IMG/VR virus record: IMGVR_UViG_3300025536_000011
Strand: one strand, 5' to 3'
From: a virus
Length of the DNA: 64,000 nt
The notes under the pieces are model-generated. The model did no database searches. It was not told the origin of the DNA and saw nothing but the letters and a program-made list of their open reading frames with translations. A program made the translations under genes and the position numbers. Positions 28,951 through 38,466 of this stretch are shown piece after piece; within the stretch, counting starts at the first letter, position 1; each line of letters starts with the position of its first letter.

Positions 28951-29869
28951 CAAAATTACCTTTCCAATTTGCTTCACACTGTTTTATATCACATAGATAT
29001 TTGCATTTCCAATTAAAATCTCCATCACCAATTACTCTAGTGATATGTTTAGTATTTTTAATTTTATTAACTACATCAGCTAAATGACTTTCTAGACTAT
29101 AATCTTCTTTTTCAGTATAAGCTATCGTCATTGGTTCATCACGCAAGTAATCAAATTTTAATACTACATATTTATATTTATAACCCTTTTGTAATATATC
29201 TTCTATAAAAATCTTACGAACAACCCAAGAGTAACAACGGACTTGTATATCGCTAATAAATTCATCATATTCTGGAATCATTACCCCAGATTTATAATCT
29301 ATCACCATTACTGTCTCTGGATCTTTTTCTATAACTAAATCTAAATAACCAATCATTTTTGTATCTACGCCTTTTATCGGTAAATTATAAGGATATTCTA
29401 TCCCAAGTATTGACTTAGGATTATCGAAGATAGCTTTATATCTATCAATAGTTTCTGTTAATAATCTATGAGATATTTGAAAAAGATTTTTAGGACAACC
29501 AGACAAAGCGTCTAAAGGTTCACCACTGACTCTACACCGATCTTTGTCTTTATAGCAACACATATCACATCTTGGTTGAATATTTTTAAATTCTTTCTCT
29601 TTCGCCCATTTTAACGGGCTCTCCTCTTTTTTATTGCCCTCAATATTATCCTTATAAAGTAACTCACCGGAATATCCAGCATATAAGTAATTAACCCAAT
29701 CCCTATCACCATCAGCATACCTACGTAATATCTCATGTAAAAGAGATCCATGCACTGCCCCCCAATTTGTCTTTAGTTGTATTTTTAAATGATAATTCAT
29801 AAAATATTTATAAAGACACATCTCATAAGTTTTAATTCTAGACGCAGATAAAGTCTTTAAATCTAACAT
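28931..29869 (-). CDS. PD-(D/E)XK exonuclease, RecB/AddB/Cas4-like with Fe-S cysteines
   Basis: LSASRIKTYEMC, GSLLHE, GYLDLV, VIDYKSG, Q..CY and CKYLCDIKQC. Confidence 0.85.
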   Translation of the reverse strand: MLDLKTLSASRIKTYEMCLYKYFMNYHLKIQLKTNWGAVHGSLLHEILRRYADGDRDWVNYLYAGYSGELLYKDNIEGNKKEESPLKWAKEKEFKNIQPRCDMCCYKDKDRCRVSGEPLDALSGCPKNLFQISHRLLTETIDRYKAIFDNPKSILGIEYPYNLPIKGVDTKMIGYLDLVIEKDPETVMVIDYKSGVMIPEYDEFISDIQVRCYSWVVRKIFIEDILQKGYKYKYVVLKFDYLRDEPMTIAYTEKEDYSLESHLADVVNKIKNTKHITRVIGDGDFNWKCKYLCDIKQCEANWKGNFDAEANI

Positions 29870-30857
29870 AAATCTCCTCTAACGACATGTCACCAGGTTC
29901 TTTTATTAATTTCATATCAGTAATATCTAATATGTCTCCAAATTTTTCTTTTATCTTAATAGCTAGATTATTACCAGCTTGGTCAGGATCAAATGCCAAT
30001 GCAAGTCTATTAATACCGTTCTTAATCAATAACTGTACCTGATAATCATTAAATGATGTTCCTAGAATACCACACCAATTACGTACTTTAGCTTCTTGTA
30101 ATTTAAAACCATCAAACGGACCTTCGACTAAAATCATAGTATTGAGTTGGCGAGCCGACTCTTTAGCATAACATAAATTATAGAGAATTTTAGTTTTAAG
30201 AAACTCACCTGTATTAGACCACCGATCATAATATCTCCCATGTAACCACTTGGATACTATATGACGCTTATCCCATTCATTTTCTGGATAAACAGTCCTG
30301 CCAGAGAATCCTATTAAATTCATATGTTCGTCTCTAATAGGCACAATCACTCTATCGTGCATAAAACTACCCAAACGATGCCAATATCCAACTTGATATC
30401 CTGCTAAAATCTGATGGCAAAGTCCTCTTTGTAGGAGATATGAATGTGTATTATTATAATCCAAAAATTCGACCAATTCTTCCTTAAGAGGACGATTAGA
30501 AATAATAGTATTACGGTGTTGATTATTTCCACTATAAATGGTCGCCTGTCCTTCTAGAACATCCTTTAAAAAGGCCAAGGCACGATGGTAGCTACAATCT
30601 AATATACTGCGTACTAAGCCAACTACATCGTCACCATACGTATCCTGGCATCCGTGTGACCAACATCGCCAATGATTAATTTCTTCATGCCAAGAAAAAG
30701 CTGTCCTGTTACTACCATCACCGCCATGTTGTTTACATGGGCAACTACTCTGTAGAATAGCTCCCTTCTGGCAATATGTGACCCCTAATTTATCTAGGAC
30801 CAGACTGATATTCTGACATGCCAACTCTTTAAGTTCAATCTTATTGGTCGTCATCAT
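29838..30857 (-). CDS. dnaG: DNA primase (Zn finger + TOPRIM)
   Basis: CPC..H...CWSHGC, RVIVPIRD..GFSGR, LVEGPFD and AFDPDQAG. Confidence 0.9.
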   Translation of the reverse strand: MMTTNKIELKELACQNISLVLDKLGVTYCQKGAILQSSCPCKQHGGDGSNRTAFSWHEEINHWRCWSHGCQDTYGDDVVGLVRSILDCSYHRALAFLKDVLEGQATIYSGNNQHRNTIISNRPLKEELVEFLDYNNTHSYLLQRGLCHQILAGYQVGYWHRLGSFMHDRVIVPIRDEHMNLIGFSGRTVYPENEWDKRHIVSKWLHGRYYDRWSNTGEFLKTKILYNLCYAKESARQLNTMILVEGPFDGFKLQEAKVRNWCGILGTSFNDYQVQLLIKNGINRLALAFDPDQAGNNLAIKIKEKFGDILDITDMKLIKEPGDMSLEEIYVRFKDFICV

Positions 30858-32328
30858 CGTCTTTTTGATCTCTCTGTTTTTTATATTCTTGTAATCTCTT
30901 TTGTTTTTCTTGGAAGAAATTAATAATCTTATATTCTAATTCTTCTAGATGCCCGCAATCTTTACGAAAATTAATATTAATATGACCATTCGGCGTACCT
31001 GGACCAAACCTTCCAGCAAATACCCTAATTAAATGGTCGCCATTCGAATCAAGCATTCTTTCTTCTTCAGTTTTAACCTTTAGAAGGCTGATAGAGTCAA
31101 CGTTTTCAACTATACGCTTACCACCAGCTATACAATTAAAATTATCATCTATTTCTTTATTAGTTTGCCCAAGTGCAAATACTGGCACGTTATAATGGTT
31201 GGCAAAATCATGTAATGCGGCGACATTAAGTCCGTGCATCTGCCATTCCGCGACTTTACCCCCCTTTATCTCATCTAGAGACGAAAGCTTAATATAATCA
31301 TATATTATCAAGCATTGTGGAGCCTTAGCATCTTTAGACGGCTTAACTCTTGACAAGACCCATTGACGCATTTTGGGTATAATCTGTTCCATACCAAGCC
31401 CGGCAGCCGGTAAATAATCTATACTAGAGTTATCTATTTTTTCCCAAAGGTCCGGGTCTCTAAGCCTCTTACCATAATCTACAATAGCTGGAATTTGATC
31501 TTCTGGTACCCCCTCTTTATGAAGTTCGTCCTCTGTAAGTTTCCAGAAGCCTGTCTCTAAAATATTATATGGTACCCCTGCAAACATACCAACAAATCGT
31601 ATTGCTTGATTTTTCTCATTAAGTTCTGTATCTATAATCAGCACAGGGACTTTATGCTTGTGAGCAACAATCTTACCAGCACGTAAAGCGAATTGGCTTT
31701 TGCCCATTTTCGCAGACGCAGCCATAAAACTAATGGCACCGTTCCTTATTTGACCACTCCTGTGCTGCCAAATAGGTAGCCCTATATCCAGACCAAGACT
31801 ACCGGGGTTATCCGCATATTCCTCAATAATCTTTTTAGCTCTTTTGTTTAGAGATACAATCGCATGTCTACCATTATCTATGGTGTTGGACTGTTTTAAT
31901 ATCCTAGACTCGACTTCTTGGATAATAGTATCAGGATTATCGGATGTGTCCGCAAGATATGCTTTAATAGAGTCGGCGGCTCCATCATAATTTCGGATAA
32001 TAGAGCATTTCTTCACGTCTATGAAAAGTTTCCCAAACTCAGCCGGCTCTACTTTTTGTGCTAAGATCTCGTCTAAAATAGCTCCGTCTTTAGTGAGGGA
32101 CATAAAATTATCAATACCAAGGCTTTTAGCTTCGGCGATAATTTTTAACTTACTTAAATTGGTTGTCTTTTTATCTATAAATAAAGAAGATATGCATTGA
32201 AATATAGATTTGCAACTAGGACTTGTAAAATCATCCTCGGTCAAAAATGAATATGCTTCAAAAAACGTATCAGTGTGTCGTATAAAACAACTAAGTAAAA
32301 GTCTCTCTGCCGCTACATTATGACTCAT
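30841..32328 (-). CDS. dnaB: Replicative DNA helicase, DnaB-like
   Basis: AERLLLS N-terminus, Walker A ASAKMGKS, IDTEL, IIYDYIKL and LGQTN. Confidence 0.9.
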   Translation of the reverse strand: MSHNVAAERLLLSCFIRHTDTFFEAYSFLTEDDFTSPSCKSIFQCISSLFIDKKTTNLSKLKIIAEAKSLGIDNFMSLTKDGAILDEILAQKVEPAEFGKLFIDVKKCSIIRNYDGAADSIKAYLADTSDNPDTIIQEVESRILKQSNTIDNGRHAIVSLNKRAKKIIEEYADNPGSLGLDIGLPIWQHRSGQIRNGAISFMAASAKMGKSQFALRAGKIVAHKHKVPVLIIDTELNEKNQAIRFVGMFAGVPYNILETGFWKLTEDELHKEGVPEDQIPAIVDYGKRLRDPDLWEKIDNSSIDYLPAAGLGMEQIIPKMRQWVLSRVKPSKDAKAPQCLIIYDYIKLSSLDEIKGGKVAEWQMHGLNVAALHDFANHYNVPVFALGQTNKEIDDNFNCIAGGKRIVENVDSISLLKVKTEEERMLDSNGDHLIRVFAGRFGPGTPNGHININFRKDCGHLEELEYKIINFFQEKQKRLQEYKKQRDQKDDDDDQ

Positions 32329-32734
32329 TTGAGTTTATAATCAGTCCTATTAATTGTTCCTTGGTAATGTATTTATCAGTAACTCTCACAATACGAAAAC
32401 CATTCAACGCACACCACTCTTCTTTTTTCTGATCTCGTATAATTTGTGCCTCAAATGCTTTTTTAGACCCATGAAAAAAGCTATTATACTTAGAATGCTG
32501 CGAACCATCAAACTCAAAAACAATCCCCAAAACAGGAATAAAAAAATCAATAGACAACCTAGTATCCGGTATAATAAATTCTTCACAAATTACATACCCA
32601 GGGTATACTTGTTTAAGCAATTGGCCTAATAAATACTGGCTCTCGGATTTACACTTATCACGAGACTTTAATCCATGTCGATCTCCAGTAAATTGTCTAC
32701 TAACCATTCTACCATCAAGGGTCTTAAGCTTCAT
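32318..32734 (-). CDS. DUF559/Vsr-like endonuclease
   Basis: IDFFIP, FEFDGSQH and RDQKKEEWC. Confidence 0.75.
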   Translation of the reverse strand: MKLKTLDGRMVSRQFTGDRHGLKSRDKCKSESQYLLGQLLKQVYPGYVICEEFIIPDTRLSIDFFIPVLGIVFEFDGSQHSKYNSFFHGSKKAFEAQIIRDQKKEEWCALNGFRIVRVTDKYITKEQLIGLIINSNES

Positions 32735-33854
32735 CTTCTATTTCGTCAGTCTCTAACAAACTATTAATTGTGTTAGATTTAGTGATAAGCGGTATAAGTT
32801 GTGCTTCTAAGTAGTTAAATAATTGAGTATCTAAAATTAAACGACGAGCAGCGTTAATTCTGCTTGTGGTAATAGTTTTATCAGTTAACGCACCGGACTC
32901 ATCTAACTTAGGTAATACAACTTGTTTACCCCCTTTGCCACCAGTTTTCAAAAGGCCAAATTTTAAACACATGTCTAATACTTCAAGTTCTCGCCAATAA
33001 CCATTAAAATAAAGTAATGGCACCTGTCCCTCGGCAACACCTGGAGCTAATTTATTTTTAATTACTTTGTAACGCATAATCTGCCCAATATTACCAGGAC
33101 CATTAGGGTCCGCAATCATTTGAGCATTGCCAGGCTTCTGGAATTCAATACGCTGCCACGCATAAAATCTCACAGCCTTACCGCCAGGGGTTTCTCGCGG
33201 ATCGCCAAACATAGTAATCTTATCTCTTAATTGATTAATAAAGATCACGAGACAATTGTTCGCGTATGCCATATTATTTATCTTACGTACAGCATCGCTC
33301 ATAAGCTTACCATGAGCCCCCATAGTTTGTTCGCCAATCTCTCCGGCTAAAATAGCTTGTGGTACACACGCATCAATAGAATCTATAACTGCTATTGAAT
33401 TGGGACATTGCGAAACAAATAACAATATTAATTGTAAAGCTTTTTCGCCAGAGTCGGCTCTACCTATATCAAGTAGCTTACTTTTTTCTTTATCTACTAA
33501 AAAAGGAGCTATAGTTCTAATACTTTTTAAGAGTTCTGGAGTTAAAGAGCCTTCTTGATTAAGATAATAACAACGCTTCCCCTTTTGAAGGCCCTGTCCT
33601 ACAATTTCTAGAGCGGCAGTAGTTTTACCACAACTCTCTGGACCGAATAGCTCAATAATACCCTTATCAGGGCACGGTGTTGCTAAATCATAATCTAGAT
33701 TATAAGATCCGGTTTTATTAGGAGGGTGTTTTTTTAACTCAGCGACATTAAAAGTTAGTGCTCCCTCAAGTTTTTCCGCTTCCGCACAAAACAACTCATA
33801 ATTACCAGATTGGAATTTTTCAATAATATCTTCTGTTTTTTTAGCTTTGGCCAT
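32724..33854 (-). CDS. recA: RecA recombinase
   Basis: ELFGPESCGKTT, VIDSI, IFINQLR, TPGGKAVRFYA and KNKLAP. Confidence 0.95.
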   Translation of the reverse strand: MAKAKKTEDIIEKFQSGNYELFCAEAEKLEGALTFNVAELKKHPPNKTGSYNLDYDLATPCPDKGIIELFGPESCGKTTAALEIVGQGLQKGKRCYYLNQEGSLTPELLKSIRTIAPFLVDKEKSKLLDIGRADSGEKALQLILLFVSQCPNSIAVIDSIDACVPQAILAGEIGEQTMGAHGKLMSDAVRKINNMAYANNCLVIFINQLRDKITMFGDPRETPGGKAVRFYAWQRIEFQKPGNAQMIADPNGPGNIGQIMRYKVIKNKLAPGVAEGQVPLLYFNGYWRELEVLDMCLKFGLLKTGGKGGKQVVLPKLDESGALTDKTITTSRINAARRLILDTQLFNYLEAQLIPLITKSNTINSLLETDEIEDEA

Positions 33855-34266
33855 CTGCTAGTTCCTTTAAAAACTGAGTAAGAGACTTTGTTTTCCTAGC
33901 CTCTTTAATCTTAAGAACAATAAAATTGTCTGATGATTTATAATGACTTCTATAATGTTCTACTAATTCATTAAGATTATATTTCTTAAATAGCTTTTTA
34001 GCTACAACTGCTGCCTTACCGAATTCCTCCGAAGAGATCTCTGTGGGCGAACATTTGAAGACGTAAAAAGCTAATTGATCTTCATTTATATCGTGATCAC
34101 GCATTAGTTTTTTAACCGCCGCAACATTTTTTGACCACCAAAGTCTATGATTTTGACGCCACGGAGCGTCTATTGATTTATGTTCCTTATTTAGGAACAA
34201 TAATTCTGTGATAATATTAGCAGTATCATGCTCAACATCCGGTGTAGTAATAGACTTAAATTTCAT
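33841..34266 (-). CDS. Hypothetical protein
   Basis: Coupled ORF (ATGA overlap) in the replication unit. Confidence 0.6.
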   Translation of the reverse strand: MKFKSITTPDVEHDTANIITELLFLNKEHKSIDAPWRQNHRLWWSKNVAAVKKLMRDHDINEDQLAFYVFKCSPTEISSEEFGKAAVVAKKLFKKYNLNELVEHYRSHYKSSDNFIVLKIKEARKTKSLTQFLKELADGQS

Positions 34267-34790
34267 AAATCTTCATCTCCCTCATATGGGATATCTGGCG
34301 TTTTGCCGGGTAAATTTTCTAACGTTTTAAAAAGCTCATAATTAAATTCTATTTCAGGAACATGATTTACTATTATTCCTAGTTCGTTTGGTTTATATAA
34401 TCGTTCTTCTACAGAGATTATACCATCTTCTCGTACCCACGTAATATGAATTTTTCCATCTTTTAAGTATCCTATACCTATTTCTTTAGTCTCGGATTCA
34501 AACCCTGACAATCCGAATATTCTTGCCATCCGATTAGAAAACCAATATCCCGCCACTTGCGGTGATCCATCGTCTGCTTTAAATGGTAATAATTGTACAT
34601 GTTGTCCATAGGCTTGTAACCGCAAGTTAGTTATTTGTAGGCGGTTAGCTTGCACATAATTACGTAAACGATTCCAGGCTGATTCTATCCCAGGCGTATT
34701 ATCCTGAAAAATCGTTTGTCCATTGCTCAAACTTGCGATCCAACGATGTCCTGGTACGTATGGATCTGAAGTCTTGGTCGCTAGAGTCAT
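34263..34790 (-). CDS. Hypothetical protein, first gene of the replication/glycosylation unit
   Basis: ATG preceded by an AAGGA SD and a promoter. Confidence 0.65.
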   Translation of the reverse strand: MTLATKTSDPYVPGHRWIASLSNGQTIFQDNTPGIESAWNRLRNYVQANRLQITNLRLQAYGQHVQLLPFKADDGSPQVAGYWFSNRMARIFGLSGFESETKEIGIGYLKDGKIHITWVREDGIISVEERLYKPNELGIIVNHVPEIEFNYELFKTLENLPGKTPDIPYEGDEDL

Positions 34791-34819
34791 ATTAATTATA
34801 TCCTTATTCTAAGATCTTT

Positions 34820-34847
34820 GTTATACCGGCGAGATTGGGATTTTCAA
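34820..34847 (-). promoter_or_regulatory. Sigma70-type promoter TTGAAA-N16-TATAAC
   Basis: Near-consensus -35 and -10 boxes directly downstream of a terminator and upstream of ATG 34790. Confidence 0.65.
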
Positions 34848-34850
34848 GGG

Positions 34851-34885
34851 AAAATAAAAAAGGTGAGCTATTTTGTAGCTCACCT
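34851..34885 (-). terminator. Rho-independent terminator
   Basis: AGGTGAGCTA/TAGCTCACCT 10-bp stem followed by TTTTTATTTT on the minus strand, 20 nt after the stop at 34906. Confidence 0.85.
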
Positions 34886-34905
34886 ATATAGTAGGTTATA
34901 TCTCT

Positions 34906-35601
34906 TTAAGAGAAGTAACTTAGAAAGGAAAGACCGGCAGCGAATAATATATTTAAAAATTCTAGCTGGACATAAAAGCCCCATGAACGGTTAACTCCGG
35001 CCGTGAGCGGCGAGGCCGATAAAATTAAGTGATAATCATGAACAAGTGCCGTTCCTGCCTGATTAGCTAGATCTAATTGATTAGAACCACCCGTTAAATC
35101 GCTCCAAGAAGAGTCACCGGCATTACCATGAGTATCTGCAAGTTGTGCTGCCTGAATAGTAATATTACTAGGTGTCGTGCTAATTAATGCTCCAGAAGCT
35201 TCAGTTAAAGCTATCGCTCTTATAAAGGCATTCTGTGTTTGTACTTGCGTTCCAGAGGGCTCGGTGAACCTCACAAGTAAAGTGCCAGATGCTTGTGGGA
35301 TAGTTGCAAGTGTATGTCCTGTTAATGTTAATGGTACCCCAGAGACTTCTGCCGAGGAGGCTCCTGTAAATTTAACATTCATAAATGTACCAAGATCTGT
35401 ACCGTTATGATCTGTACGATGGGTACGTTCTTGGTAAGTTCCTACAATTACTGGTCCGTTTGGGGCTCCGAGAAGCCCGAAAAATCCCAGTCTTTCTGGT
35501 GAGGCTGTAGCTCCTGGTTCTAAATTGAAAATTTCAAGATTTGGTGTTGCACGAGTAGATGGTGTTCCACCGAAAGCCCCACTACAATTAAAGAAACGCA
35601 A
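34906..35601 (-). CDS. Putative virion structural protein (Gly/Ser/Thr-rich, beta-rich)
   Basis: Composition and SG motifs resemble the tail-module proteins. The start is uncertain: TTG 35601, or in-frame ATT 35616 just after the SD AAGGAGGTG. Confidence 0.6.
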   Translation of the reverse strand: MRFFNCSGAFGGTPSTRATPNLEIFNLEPGATASPERLGFFGLLGAPNGPVIVGTYQERTHRTDHNGTDLGTFMNVKFTGASSAEVSGVPLTLTGHTLATIPQASGTLLVRFTEPSGTQVQTQNAFIRAIALTEASGALISTTPSNITIQAAQLADTHGNAGDSSWSDLTGGSNQLDLANQAGTALVHDYHLILSASPLTAGVNRSWGFYVQLEFLNILFAAGLSFLSYFS

Positions 35602-35735
35602 ACCTGATGCACAAATGGTACACCTCCTTGTATTTATAAATACCGGAGCTATCTAGCGTATTGAACGCTCAGGCGGGATATGCTATGCTCCGTAAAGCGA
35701 GAGCAATGCTATCTTAGTAATACTCTAAAAATGGC

Positions 35736-35763
35736 TTGACACCAAGGATAAACATGCTATAAT
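35736..35763 (+). promoter_or_regulatory. Consensus sigma70 promoter TTGACA-N16-TATAAT with extended -10 TG
   Basis: TTGACA 35736-35741 and TGcTATAAT 35755-35763, followed by an AGGAG SD and ATG 35782. Confidence 0.85.
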
Positions 35764-35781
35764 AGAGATAGGAGCATAATT

Positions 35782-36096
35782 ATGAAAATAATGTATTGGA
35801 AGTCAGAATGGAAGCCATATATGAATATTTTTAATCCTCCAGACCCAAATATCATGTATGTTGCTGTCTCGGAATTCGGCGATATTCATGGGTTTGGTAA
35901 TTCACCAAACGAGGCTTGTGATATGGTGCGTTTTCGCATTAAAGCTATGATAAGTCGAATCATAGACGGCACGCTAGATAAAACTCCAGACTTAAAAGTA
36001 AAGGCCGAATGGATGGCAGGGTATGTAGACGGCGAGGGTGGATACGTATATATGGAGGCAACTCCCTCTAAAAGGATATCTGCACATGAACTCTGA
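35782..36096 (+). CDS. Hypothetical protein with HicB-like N-terminal pattern
   Basis: YVAVSEFGDIHGFGNSPNEACDMV resembles the HicB Y.A..P....T.G.T.EEA pattern. Strong SD. Confidence 0.5.
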   Translation: MKIMYWKSEWKPYMNIFNPPDPNIMYVAVSEFGDIHGFGNSPNEACDMVRFRIKAMISRIIDGTLDKTPDLKVKAEWMAGYVDGEGGYVYMEATPSKRISAHEL

Positions 36097-37075
36097 GACG
36101 GTCGGCGTAATAATTGGTAGATTCCAAGTGCCTTATTTACATATAGCTCATCGTAAATTAATTGCTGAAGTTTTAAGACGACATACCTCTGTTATCTTTC
36201 TTATTGGAGAAAGACCAACTCCAGTAAATTATGAAAATCCGTTACCATCTACTATTATTTATAAAATGTTAGATGAGTATATTAGATCTAATAGATTTGA
36301 TTTGGGTCATGATATTCAAATAAAATCAATCAAGGATAGACGCTCAGATCCAATATGGAGCGAGTCGGTAGATTCTTATATAGAAGAATTAAGGTATGAT
36401 GAATATACACAATCAACACCAGATTTTATACTATATGGTGGCCGAGACAGTTTTATATCTCGTTATTCTGGTAAATATAAAACAGTTCAATTAGATTTTG
36501 AAGAATTTATTTCTGGCACAAAGTTAAGACAAGTGGCAAGTAGATTACATATTTGTAATGATTTGAGTTTACATACAGAAGATTTTAGAAATGGCCAAAT
36601 TAATGCTATTATGAATCTTCCACCAAGACTTTATTCTACAGTAGATGTGGCATGTATAAGACCGTTAGATCGAGCACCACATATGAATGGGAAAACTGTA
36701 AAAGATTTTAAAGTCCTATTAGGACGTAAACCAGATGAGGATAAGTTTAGATTTCCCGGTGGTCATGTAGATTTGGAAGATACTTCTTTAGAAGCGGCGG
36801 CATATCGAGAACTTTATGAGGAAACTAGTATCTGTGGCGTTGATTTTCGATACCTATGTAGTCAAAAAATAGATGATTGGAGAATTCGTGGTGTTGATAA
36901 GGTTGGTTATATGACAAATTTCTTTATATGTAATCCCTATACTGGTTTAGCGAAAGCTAATGATGATATAGCAGAAATTAAATGGTTTAATTTAGCTCAA
37001 AATATTCCTATCATGGAAGAACATCAAAGATTGCTTGATAAACTTACTGAATATATAAATAAAGGATCATTATGA
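36086..37075 (+). CDS. nadM: Bifunctional NMN adenylyltransferase / Nudix (ADP-ribose pyrophosphatase)
   Basis: GVIIGRFQ..HIAH, ENPL, LYGGRDSF, ISGTKLR and Nudix FPGG..AAYRELYEET. Start ATG 36086. Confidence 0.9.
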   Translation: MNSETVGVIIGRFQVPYLHIAHRKLIAEVLRRHTSVIFLIGERPTPVNYENPLPSTIIYKMLDEYIRSNRFDLGHDIQIKSIKDRRSDPIWSESVDSYIEELRYDEYTQSTPDFILYGGRDSFISRYSGKYKTVQLDFEEFISGTKLRQVASRLHICNDLSLHTEDFRNGQINAIMNLPPRLYSTVDVACIRPLDRAPHMNGKTVKDFKVLLGRKPDEDKFRFPGGHVDLEDTSLEAAAYRELYEETSICGVDFRYLCSQKIDDWRIRGVDKVGYMTNFFICNPYTGLAKANDDIAEIKWFNLAQNIPIMEEHQRLLDKLTEYINKGSL

Positions 37076-38466
37076 GAAAAAATCTCGCTCTATTAACCGA
37101 TAGTTATAAAGTCTCACATTGGAAGCAATATAGACCTGGCACCACAAGTGTATATTCATATTTTGAATCTCGCGGAGGCCAATTCCCGACAGCAGCAGTA
37201 GTCGGTTTACAAATATTGCTTAAGAAGTATTTAACCCAACGTGTCACTAAAGATGATGTTGACTACGCGGCTAGTCGATGGGCTAAGCATTTTAACGATC
37301 CAAACCTTTTTAATAGAGACGGATGGATGCATATAGTTAATAAACATGGCGGCAAATTACCATTGCGTATTATGGCGACTCCAGAAGGACTTTCGGTGCC
37401 GGTCAGCAACGTATTAATGACCGTAGAAAATACTGACCTACAAGTTCCATGGCTTACAAATTGGTTTGAGACCCTACTGTCACAAGTTTGGTATCCATCG
37501 ACTGTATTTACCTCAGACCGAGAAGTTAAAAGAATCATCAAGCGATATTTGGACGCAAACGGCGATCCGGCAGGATTGCTATTTAAGCTACATGACTTCG
37601 GCTTCCGTGGGGTAAGTAGCGTTGAATCGGCTGGTGTCGGCGGTATGGCTCATTTAGTTAATTTTATGGGTACTGACACAGCCGAAGCTTTTGAATATGT
37701 ATTAGAATATTATAGCGAAGATATGGCTGGCTTCTCTATACCCGCCGCTGAACATAGCACTATTACAAGTTGGGGTGGCCCAGAATTCGAACATGAGTCT
37801 GTGGCTAATATAATTCAGCAATTTGGCGATAGCCCAACAGGACTATATGCTATTGTTGGCGATAGTTATGATATTATAAACTTCTGCCAAAATATAATTG
37901 GTGATAAACTTAAACATAAAGTTCTTGCTGCTAAGAATACTCTCGTTGCTAGACCAGATTCAGGTATTCCAGAACAAGTAGATCTTGATGTAATAGAAGC
38001 CCTCGGATATGCATTTGGTTATTCGATTAACTCAAAGGGCTTTAAAGTTCTTAATAAAGTAAGAATGATTCAGGGAGATGGTATTAAATGGATTACTGAA
38101 AAAGAACACACTATAGAACGTATTCTTAGTAATCTAGCTCTTAAGGGCTGGTCGGCAGATAACATTGCCTTCGGTTCTGGTGGTGGATTACTCCAGAATG
38201 TTAATAGAGATACACAGAAGTTTGCCTTTAAATGCTCATCTACTATCTGTGATGGACGCGAAGTAGATGTTTGGAAACAGCCAATTACTGACTCTGCAAA
38301 GAGTTCTAAGCGTGGTAGACTTAAATTAGTTAATGATCCAAATCTAGGATATATAACCTTAAATGAAAAATGTGTTGGTGAAAATATATTGCAGGAAAAA
38401 TATCTTAATGGCGAGATCACGCTTGAACATAGGTTTGGAGAATTAAGAGCGAGTGCGGCACTTTAA
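37072..38466 (+). CDS. nadV: Nicotinamide phosphoribosyltransferase (NAMPT)
   Basis: TDSYKVSH, YFESRGG, LHDFGFRG, IPAAEHS, RPDSG, IQGDG, FGSGGGLLQ and RDTQKFAFK. Confidence 0.95.
   Translation: MRKNLALLTDSYKVSHWKQYRPGTTSVYSYFESRGGQFPTAAVVGLQILLKKYLTQRVTKDDVDYAASRWAKHFNDPNLFNRDGWMHIVNKHGGKLPLRIMATPEGLSVPVSNVLMTVENTDLQVPWLTNWFETLLSQVWYPSTVFTSDREVKRIIKRYLDANGDPAGLLFKLHDFGFRGVSSVESAGVGGMAHLVNFMGTDTAEAFEYVLEYYSEDMAGFSIPAAEHSTITSWGGPEFEHESVANIIQQFGDSPTGLYAIVGDSYDIINFCQNIIGDKLKHKVLAAKNTLVARPDSGIPEQVDLDVIEALGYAFGYSINSKGFKVLNKVRMIQGDGIKWITEKEHTIERILSNLALKGWSADNIAFGSGGGLLQNVNRDTQKFAFKCSSTICDGREVDVWKQPITDSAKSSKRGRLKLVNDPNLGYITLNEKCVGENILQEKYLNGEITLEHRFGELRASAAL

Noticed and set aside
28931-29869. Cas4-like nuclease as evidence for a CRISPR-Cas system
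   Set aside because: No repeat-spacer array or other cas genes are present. Stand-alone PD-(D/E)XK nucleases are normal in phage replication modules.
35631-35642. Palindrome TATTTATAAATA containing the T4-type late promoter TATAAATA on both strands
   Set aside because: It is too close to the SD to leave it in the transcript, it is AT-only, and the encoded sigma factor is not gp55-like.
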